From assembly GCA_048941015.1 (NCBI GenBank), contig JBHLNZ010000043.1, positions 1 through 26,809 of the forward strand: 26,809 bases of DNA, written 5' to 3'. This stretch comes from Promethearchaeota archaeon (GTDB taxonomy: Archaea; Asgardarchaeota; Lokiarchaeia; Sigyniarchaeales; SOKP01). The first letter of the stretch is position 1; each line of letters opens with the position of its first letter. Under the pieces are notes generated by a model. That model did no database searches, was not told the DNA's origin, and was given only the letters and a program-made list of their open reading frames with translations. The position numbers and the translations under genes are program-made. This document shows positions 8,658-15,639 of the stretch, in pieces.

Positions 8658-10370
8658 TTATTTTCTTAGAACTTTTTTATCAATTTTTCCTACTGCAGTT
8701 AGAGGTAATTCTGTCGTAATGTGAATTTTTTTTGGAACTTCATAAGGTGCACAATTTTCCTGTGCAAATGAGATTATTTCCTCCTTTAATTTCTCTTCGT
8801 TACCATCGTATTCATAATCTGGATCAAGTTGAATATAAGCATTAACAATTTCAGATCCGGGGCGATCTGGATTAGGTACTCCAATAAGGGCTATCATACC
8901 AATGGCAGGATGTTTAGCCAAAGTATCCTCAACTTTTGCTGAGAACACTTTAAATCCTCCAACAATAATCATATCTTTCGTACGATCTACAATGCGAAGA
9001 TAACCATCCTCAGCCATTATTCCAACATCGCCGCTATGCATATACCCATCTTTATCAATCGCTTTAGCCGTTTCTTCTGGTTTTAGGTAATATCCCTGCA
9101 TAACTAAAGGACCCCTAGCACAAATTTCGCCAGGTTCTCCCAATGGTACAACTTCTCCACTATCAGGATCAACAAGTTTAAGCTCTACATTTTGAATTGG
9201 TAATCCAACAGTTCCTAACTGTTTTTTACCTATAGAAGGATTCATTGTTGCTACAGGTGATAATTCAGTCATACCATAAAGTTCTAATAATTTTCCTTCA
9301 CCTACTATACTTTCTAAAGCAATTTGAGATTCTTTTGGAAATGGAGATGCAGCTGAAACACACATTCTTATTTTTGAGTGATCTAACCTTTTAAACTTGC
9401 GGAAACTAATTAAAATCTGATATAATGAAGGGACATTTACTAGTACCGTTGGTTCATATTTTTTCATTTCATTACAGATATGTTGAGCATCACGAGGATT
9501 TGCAATTAATATTTGACTCCAACCTAAAGCAATTGCACTTTCACATACAGTTAAACCTGCAATGTGAAATATAGGAAATCCTGATAATAAAATACCCTTT
9601 CCCTCCTCCCATTGCAGCCATGCTTGAATTGATTTCATATTCGAGACACAGTTTCTATGACTTAACATCGCCCCTTTTGGCGGACCTGTTGTACCACCAG
9701 TGTATTGTATCCAACCAATATCATCCGGAGAAATATCTACTTTAGGCGGATCAGTAGAAAATTTCGTTAAAACATCATCTTGGAAGTCATAAACAGTTTT
9801 TCCCTCTATAGGAGTAACTATACCTGATGGAATTTCTGTAACTGCTTTTATTTTTTCACGAGACTCTTTATCAAAAGATCCTATGACACTTGTTGCAACT
9901 ACAACTTTAAGCTGAGGTAATTTATCAGCAATTTTTTTTAATCTGTGTTCGAAAATAGCATCAAGGGTGACTAAAGCAACTTTTTTGCCTCCTTTGCCAA
10001 GATCATCTAATTGATAATGCATTTGAACATCTGACATTAATGGGCTAACACCTGAAACAATACATCCTGCTTTAAGTGTACCTAAGACTGAATAAACATA
10101 TTCGGGGATATTTGCTAGATTTATTCCCACTACATCCCCCTTTTTAAACCCATTTTCAATCAGCATATTAGCAAATTGATTTGAATATCTATCTACTTCA
10201 CTGAAACTAATTTCTAAACCTTGATATGCAAGAGCCATAACATCAGGATACTTATCGAAAACTGGTTTTACCCAATCGGGATAAGTGGTTTCAAATTCTT
10301 TAGGATCGATGTCAGAGACGTTAGGATCCCAGTTTTTACGCCAAAATCTCGTTTCATAAGGATTTGACAT
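8658..10370 (-). CDS. fadD: Long-chain-fatty-acid--CoA ligase (AMP-forming acyl-CoA synthetase), paralog 1, 570 aa
   Basis: YTGGTTGPPKG, YGMTE, SGDVG...DRTKDMI, PLTAVGK. ATG at 10370 aligns with the start of paralog 2. Confidence 0.9.
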   Translation of the reverse strand: MSNPYETRFWRKNWDPNVSDIDPKEFETTYPDWVKPVFDKYPDVMALAYQGLEISFSEVDRYSNQFANMLIENGFKKGDVVGINLANIPEYVYSVLGTLKAGCIVSGVSPLMSDVQMHYQLDDLGKGGKKVALVTLDAIFEHRLKKIADKLPQLKVVVATSVIGSFDKESREKIKAVTEIPSGIVTPIEGKTVYDFQDDVLTKFSTDPPKVDISPDDIGWIQYTGGTTGPPKGAMLSHRNCVSNMKSIQAWLQWEEGKGILLSGFPIFHIAGLTVCESAIALGWSQILIANPRDAQHICNEMKKYEPTVLVNVPSLYQILISFRKFKRLDHSKIRMCVSAASPFPKESQIALESIVGEGKLLELYGMTELSPVATMNPSIGKKQLGTVGLPIQNVELKLVDPDSGEVVPLGEPGEICARGPLVMQGYYLKPEETAKAIDKDGYMHSGDVGIMAEDGYLRIVDRTKDMIIVGGFKVFSAKVEDTLAKHPAIGMIALIGVPNPDRPGSEIVNAYIQLDPDYEYDGNEEKLKEEIISFAQENCAPYEVPKKIHITTELPLTAVGKIDKKVLRK

Positions 10371-10441
10371 TTTCAAAATTCACTTCAAATAATTGATTTT
10401 CAATAATGTAAAATTGTAATAATAAATATGATAAGTATAGT

Positions 10442-10456
10442 TAAAAAACTTTAGAG
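10442..10456 (-). promoter_or_regulatory. Putative BRE/TATA promoter of acyl-CoA ligase 1
   Basis: Minus strand reads ctctaaagtttttta about 70-85 nt upstream of ATG. It resembles the element upstream of ligase 2 (tctaaaggtttttatc). Confidence 0.4.
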
Positions 10457-10516
10457 TTTTTTATCAAAAAATTAAAAAAAAAAAGTATTATATTAAAAAA
10501 AAGAATTCTATGAAAA

Positions 10517-12229
10517 TTATTTTCTAAGAACTTTTTTATCAATTTTACCTACAGCAGTTAGTGGCAATTCTTCCATAATGTGAATCTTCTTTGGAACTTC
10601 GTAAGGTGCACAATTTTCTTTTGCAAACTCACTTATATTTTCCTTTAATTTCTCTTCATTGCCATCATATTCGTAGTCTGGATCAAGTTGAATATAAGCG
10701 TTAACAATTTCAGAGCCTGGGCGATCTGGATTAGGCTCTCCAATAAGGGCAATCATGCCTATTGCAGGATGTTTTGCTAAAGTATCTTCTACCTTGGCGG
10801 AAAATACTTTATAGCCACCAACAATTAACATATCTTTTGTACGATCAACTATTCTTATGTAACCATCTTCAGCCATTATTCCAACATCGCCACTATGCAT
10901 ATACCCATCTTTATCAATTGCTTTAGCTGTTTCTTCAGGTTTATTATAATATCCCTGCATTACAAGTGGCCCTCTAGCACAAATTTCACCAGGCTCCCCA
11001 AGGGGAACTTCGTTACCTGTTTCAGGATCAACAAGTTTAAGCTCTACATTTTGAATTGGTAATCCAACAGTTCCTAACTGTTTTTTACCTAATGAGGGAT
11101 TCATTGTGGCTACAGGTGACAATTCTGTCATCCCGTAAAGTTCTAATAATTTTCCTTCACCGATAATATTTTCCAATTCAACTTGAGACTCTTTTGGGAA
11201 TGGAGATGCTGCTGAAACGCATGTACCTAGTTCAGAATGGTCCAGCTCTTTAAACTTAGGATTCTTTATAAGCAGTTGATATAATGAAGGTACATTAACT
11301 AAATTTGTTGCTTTATATTTATCCATTACTTTAACAATATGATCTGTATCTCTGGGATTCGGAATGACTAACTGACCAAATCCTGCATAAAGAGCACTTT
11401 CACATACTGTTAAACCTGCAATATGAAAATAAGGAAATCCACTGCACAGAATTCCTTTTCCCCACTCCCACTGAAGCCATGCAATTATAGCTTTCATGTT
11501 AGAAACACAGTTTCTATGACTTAACATGGCTCCCTTAGGTGGTCCAGTTGTACCTCCAGTATATTGAATCCAACCAATGTCATCCGGAGTCAAATCAACA
11601 CTAACAGGATTCGTGGGATATTTTCCAATTACATCTTTTTTAAAATCAATAACGGTCTTTCCTGGCAGAGGGGATACTTTTCCTTTTGGAACCTTTCCTA
11701 ATGCTTTACCTAACACTTGTTTAATTTTTGGTAGGAAATCAGCTACATTTGTAGCAATTACAAGTTTTAATTGAGGCATCGCTTCAGCGATTTTTACGAT
11801 ATGTCCTGCAAAGATTGCATCAAGAGTGATAAGAGCAACCTGTTTTCCTCCTGATCCTAGATCGTTAATTTGATATTGTATTTGAACTGCTGAAAGGAGA
11901 GGAGATACACCTGATACAATACATCCAGCTTTTAATGTCCCAACCACAGCAATTACATACTGGGGTGAATTTGGTAGATTTATTCCTACCACATCTCCTT
12001 TTTTAAAACCATTATCAATTAGCATATGGGCAAACTGATTCGAATATTCATCAATTTCCTTAAATGTGATTTCAACACCTAAATATTCTAATGCCATTTT
12101 ATCGGGAAAATCTTTAAAAGTTTCTTTAATCATCTTGGGGTAAGTGGTCTCAAATTCCTTAGGATCGAGATCTTCTACTCCTGAATCCCAATTTTTTTTC
12201 CAAAATCTACTTGAATACGGACTTGACAT
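10517..12229 (-). CDS. fadD: Long-chain-fatty-acid--CoA ligase (AMP-forming acyl-CoA synthetase), paralog 2, 570 aa
   Basis: Same ANL-superfamily motifs as paralog 1; RBS-like GTGAGA upstream of ATG. Confidence 0.9.
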   Translation of the reverse strand: MSSPYSSRFWKKNWDSGVEDLDPKEFETTYPKMIKETFKDFPDKMALEYLGVEITFKEIDEYSNQFAHMLIDNGFKKGDVVGINLPNSPQYVIAVVGTLKAGCIVSGVSPLLSAVQIQYQINDLGSGGKQVALITLDAIFAGHIVKIAEAMPQLKLVIATNVADFLPKIKQVLGKALGKVPKGKVSPLPGKTVIDFKKDVIGKYPTNPVSVDLTPDDIGWIQYTGGTTGPPKGAMLSHRNCVSNMKAIIAWLQWEWGKGILCSGFPYFHIAGLTVCESALYAGFGQLVIPNPRDTDHIVKVMDKYKATNLVNVPSLYQLLIKNPKFKELDHSELGTCVSAASPFPKESQVELENIIGEGKLLELYGMTELSPVATMNPSLGKKQLGTVGLPIQNVELKLVDPETGNEVPLGEPGEICARGPLVMQGYYNKPEETAKAIDKDGYMHSGDVGIMAEDGYIRIVDRTKDMLIVGGYKVFSAKVEDTLAKHPAIGMIALIGEPNPDRPGSEIVNAYIQLDPDYEYDGNEEKLKENISEFAKENCAPYEVPKKIHIMEELPLTAVGKIDKKVLRK

Positions 12230-12284
12230 TTTTATCTCACGTATTTATTATTCTGGTTTCAGATTCTTACTTTATTTTATCGTT

Positions 12285-12300
12285 GATAAAAACCTTTAGA
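12285..12300 (-). promoter_or_regulatory. Putative BRE/TATA promoter of acyl-CoA ligase 2
   Basis: Minus strand tctaaaggtttttatc: purine-rich BRE followed by a T/A box, about 55-70 nt upstream of ATG. Confidence 0.4.
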
Positions 12301-12608
12301 TTTCAACTTTTCATAAGAAAAATTGCTAATATTTACTAGTGATATGATCAGTTATAAAGTTTTAATATTGTTAAGGATAATTGACATTTTGTTCAATCGC
12401 ATTCATTCTAATTTGGCAATATTTTTTAAATTTTTTTAATTTTATTTGCAATGACCTCTCTCTCTGTCTATAAAATAATCTTCCTTTTAAATGGAATATT
12501 CTTTCTTTAAAAACACAGTTCTAATTTCTTCTTTTATACAAAAGGATAGAATTTAGAAAATCGTCGGTGTATTACTGTTTTAGTTCCAGCAAATCATCAA
12601 TTTTTGTG

Positions 12609-13373
12609 ATGACGTTTGATTCGGGGTTCAGGGTCTATAAGAAATACAATGATATTCCACCCATTTCAAGTGGAGACACAACGCTAGATGAACTATTGGG
12701 AGGAGGAGGTTTCCATAAAGATTTAGTATATCTTTTATATGGAGACAAAGAAACCAAAAGAAGGATTACAAACGTTTTGCTTACAACTGCCGTAAATGCA
12801 CAAAAATCTTTTGTTAATGGAGGATTTGGAGATAGAATTAAGGTTGCGTTTGTCGATGCCAACAACCATTTTAACCCGTATAATGTAGGGAAATATGCTG
12901 TTTCACAGCATCTATCTCCTAAGCAAGTATTAGAGAATATTCAAGTCGCTCGAGCGTTTACTTGGGATCAAATGGTCGAACTTTTGGAAAACAAACTCTC
13001 GAAGTTAGAGCACATTAAAGTAGTATTAATCTCGGGGATTACTACTTTATTTCACGGTTATGAAAAACAAACATTTGAGGATTTGTTGAAAGCAATAAGT
13101 GGAATCAAAAAAATACTTGAAAGAACAAACCCTCTGATTGTCATAACTGCGCCTCTGAATGAATACAGTTCATTTAGGCCCAAAGGGGGAAAGATCCTTT
13201 CTCATTTTGGAAATGTTCTGATACTAATCAGAGAAGGAAAAAGAAATGTAGAATATCACCTCGTTCAGCATCCATATTTAGCAGAAAACAGCTTGCTAAA
13301 ATGGAAACCCAAGGAACCTAAGATGAATCTCTCAAAAGCCTTGAAAAACACCACACTAGATTACTGGATTTAA
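12609..13373 (+). CDS. Inactivated RadA/Rad51-family ATPase paralog with C-terminal PIP-like box
   Basis: RadA core motifs ISSGDTTLDELLGGG, AFVDANNHFNP, LENIQVARAFT, GGKILSH. Walker A is replaced by GDKETKRRIT and Walker B reads VVLISG (Asp lost). No N-terminal HhH domain. ATG 12609 is preferred over the GTG at 12567. Ends KNTTLDYWI. Confidence 0.85.
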   Translation: MTFDSGFRVYKKYNDIPPISSGDTTLDELLGGGGFHKDLVYLLYGDKETKRRITNVLLTTAVNAQKSFVNGGFGDRIKVAFVDANNHFNPYNVGKYAVSQHLSPKQVLENIQVARAFTWDQMVELLENKLSKLEHIKVVLISGITTLFHGYEKQTFEDLLKAISGIKKILERTNPLIVITAPLNEYSSFRPKGGKILSHFGNVLILIREGKRNVEYHLVQHPYLAENSLLKWKPKEPKMNLSKALKNTTLDYWI

Positions 13374-13452
13374 ATTGTATTTGATATTACCTTTTTGGGA
13401 GATTTATAGAGAATCTAAATACTTCTTAATTTACCCATAATAAGGCATAATC

Positions 13453-13466
13453 CTAAGGTTTAAAAA
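13453..13466 (+). promoter_or_regulatory. Putative BRE/TATA promoter of the KAP microprotein gene
   Basis: ctaagg-TTTAAAAA, with the TATA box at 13459-13466, about 72 nt upstream of ATG 13538. Confidence 0.5.
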
Positions 13467-13537
13467 TGAAAACAATAATTATAACCAGTAACAAAAGGAA
13501 ATTAAATTAAATTAAAAAAGAAGAGATGTAAACCACT

Positions 13538-13651
13538 ATGGCTAAAAAGAAAGCACCCGCTAAAAAAAAGCCAGCACCAAAAAAGGCTCCTAAGAAAAAG
13601 GCTCCTGCAAAAAAGGCTCCTAAGAAGAAAGCCGCTCCAAAGAAGAAATAA
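13538..13651 (+). CDS. 37-aa Lys/Ala/Pro-only basic microprotein (histone H1 C-terminal-tail-like)
   Basis: MAKKKAPAKKKPAPKKAPKKKAPAKKAPKKKAAPKKK* (19 K, 10 A, 7 P, 1 M). Synonymous codons vary among repeats. Upstream GAGATG RBS-like element and TATA box; T-rich tract downstream. Below the ORF-track cutoff. Confidence 0.85.
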   Translation: MAKKKAPAKKKPAPKKAPKKKAPAKKAPKKKAAPKKK

Positions 13652-13736
13652 AAAATGATATCAAGAAGTATGTTAATAATTAAAAATGATTTTTTTCTAA
13701 CGTTTACTTTTTTATAAATTTATTACTTTTATAATC

Positions 13737-14162
13737 TTATCTTTTTTTGTAGATATTAGGATCCTTTTTTTCAAGAGTCAAAGAATCACCGCCATATCTA
13801 ATTTTTCTTCCTTTATAGTATAGATCTGACTTTTCTTCACAAATTTCATTCCACTTTGCAATACCGAATTTTTTAATCATTAAAAGGTTGTAAATTTTTG
13901 AGTTATGAGGCATAAAGATTTCAAAATTTACAATTGGTTGTAGCTTTTCACAGGGAAACTCATTACACTCATAGCAAAAATTATAACCTCTACTTGTTAC
14001 GCATTCGTAAGTTTTACATACAGGAAAATCTTTTATTTGCCCCTTGTGTTCTCGACACCCTTTACAATTATAAACTTTTACGCCAGGGCATCGTTTACAA
14101 TAAATTCCACATGGTGCGTGATCATTAAAATATAAACTCATAAAGCAATACCTATTACTCAT
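13737..14162 (-). CDS. DUF3795-like Cys-rich metal-binding protein
   Basis: APCGIYCKRCP...CKGCR...C..YEC...FCYECNEFPCEKL cysteine pattern. Confidence 0.8.
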   Translation of the reverse strand: MSNRYCFMSLYFNDHAPCGIYCKRCPGVKVYNCKGCREHKGQIKDFPVCKTYECVTSRGYNFCYECNEFPCEKLQPIVNFEIFMPHNSKIYNLLMIKKFGIAKWNEICEEKSDLYYKGRKIRYGGDSLTLEKKDPNIYKKR

Positions 14163-14230
14163 TTTTAAGATATATTATGATAATTCTTCTTTTTTATAAA
14201 GATTATTCTTATGGAGGATAATAGTTTCTT

Positions 14231-15202
14231 TTATTTAATACCTAGGAGTTTAGCAGCATTATCATAAAGCCACTTTTTCTTTACACTTTCTTTTAATGGC
14301 AAATTCATAACTTCATCAGCTAATTGTTTAATTGACATTCCCATAAACAGCCATGTTGATCCAAAAAGGATTTTATCCTGTAACACTGAGTTTCCATAAT
14401 GGATTAAGGTTTCCCAGCCCGTTCCTTCCATTCCTATATATTTAGGAAGGTAAGAAGCAAAATCTATATAGATATTTGAATTTTTCCAAGCAACTCCTAC
14501 TAATTCATTTACCCAAGGCCATCCTCCATGTCCTGCTATCATCTTCAACTCTGGAAAATCTTGAGCCACAATATCTAAATAGATTGGTCTTTCAACTTCC
14601 ATTGTATTTGTTGAGTGATTGATTGAGAGATGGAACCATATAGGTATATCAAGTTCAACGCACTTTGAGTAAATAGGGTACATTTTAGCATGATGAGGAG
14701 GAATACCAAACATGAATGGTCTAATTGCTATTCCTCTTAGTCCTAAATCATAAGATCTATTAATTTCTCTTATCGCTTCCATTTTTTTAAGAGGATCAAT
14801 GCCAGCAAATCCAATAAATTTATCAGGATAATTTTGAACAATATTGGCATAATAGTCATTAGGAAGGCCAGCAATACCGCTTGGAGTTTCTTCATCAAGA
14901 TTGAAAATTATTGCTTTTTCTACACCCATTTTATTAAGCTGGTCAACAAATTCATTTACGCTCATCGTCAAATTTCTTATTTTCGGCAAATATGGCTCGA
15001 TAGCATTTTTTAACTCAGTTGAACTCATGGATATTTTCATCTCATATAGTTCATTGGCAGTAATTCCTATTAAAGGCGCAACTCTTGGGCCAAAAACATC
15101 TCTAAGATATTTCGACATTTGAGGTGGTAATGATACTAAAAGATCAATAAAAACTTCTTCTGTAGGGACATAACATAAGGTATCAATGATTCTATAATCC
15201 AT
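14231..15202 (-). CDS. Amidohydrolase superfamily (Amidohydro_2-like) protein with degenerate metal site
   Basis: NDYYA..V..YPDKFIGFAGIDP, LGLRGI, YPIYSKCVELDIP.WFH, IAGHGGWPW, LFGSTW, LYDNAAKLL. ATG at 15202 chosen over the upstream GTG. Confidence 0.85.
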   Translation of the reverse strand: MDYRIIDTLCYVPTEEVFIDLLVSLPPQMSKYLRDVFGPRVAPLIGITANELYEMKISMSSTELKNAIEPYLPKIRNLTMSVNEFVDQLNKMGVEKAIIFNLDEETPSGIAGLPNDYYANIVQNYPDKFIGFAGIDPLKKMEAIREINRSYDLGLRGIAIRPFMFGIPPHHAKMYPIYSKCVELDIPIWFHLSINHSTNTMEVERPIYLDIVAQDFPELKMIAGHGGWPWVNELVGVAWKNSNIYIDFASYLPKYIGMEGTGWETLIHYGNSVLQDKILFGSTWLFMGMSIKQLADEVMNLPLKESVKKKWLYDNAAKLLGIK

Positions 15203-15363
15203 CTTATTCACTTTGAAAAAATATCTATAATCTTACAATGTTAAAGCAATATATTAATTCTTCTAAGTATTTTTTTCATAACAAAAAAAAATTCAAAAAT
15301 CAAAAAATTCGCAACGTATTTTTTTTTTAATTCTATAGGCAACTCTTCTTCTTGGTTATTATT

Positions 15364-15636
15364 ATGGGTAGAACGGTACCTTCTTTTAGACCTGCGTTAG
15401 AGCATGAGATTGAGAGTTGGAAGGATTTTAAAAGAGCACTTAGACCTGAAGAACAAAAGATCTTTGACAGATTAATGAATTTTGCCCGAATCCACGCTGA
15501 TGCGGGTAGCTTAGGTGCACGCCCTATGCTCTCAGAAGTTCTCTTTATCTCTTTTGCAATTGAACAAGAAAAAAAAATTACATCCTTAGAAAAGAAACTT
15601 GATGAATTAGAAAATTTGGTTAAAGGGAATGATTAA
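15364..15636 (+). CDS. PolB2-associated small helical protein (arCOG07300-like)
   Basis: MGRTVPSFR...W..FKRALR.EEQ..FDRL...AR.HA.A signature, lying directly upstream of polB2 (3-nt gap). Confidence 0.8.
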   Translation: MGRTVPSFRPALEHEIESWKDFKRALRPEEQKIFDRLMNFARIHADAGSLGARPMLSEVLFISFAIEQEKKITSLEKKLDELENLVKGND

Positions 15637-15639
15637 AAA

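Noticed and set aside
10442-10463. Inverted repeat taaaaaact-ttag-agtttttta between the ligase genes as an operator or hairpin terminator
   Set aside because: The arms are nearly pure A/T and overlap the putative TATA box, so it cannot be distinguished from chance.
12451-12510. 19-codon ORF (MTSLSVYKIIFLLNGIFFL) in the long intergenic region
   Set aside because: Too short, no RBS, and expected by chance in T-rich DNA.
12609-13373. Annotating the RecA-fold gene as radA or radB
   Set aside because: Walker A and B are destroyed and there is no N-terminal HhH domain. RadB keeps an intact Walker A and a KHR motif, which are absent here.
13538-13651. Treating the aaaaaggctcct repeats as a non-coding tandem repeat or mini-CRISPR
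   Set aside because: The repeats stay in frame, vary at synonymous positions, have no spacers and are bounded by ATG and TAA.
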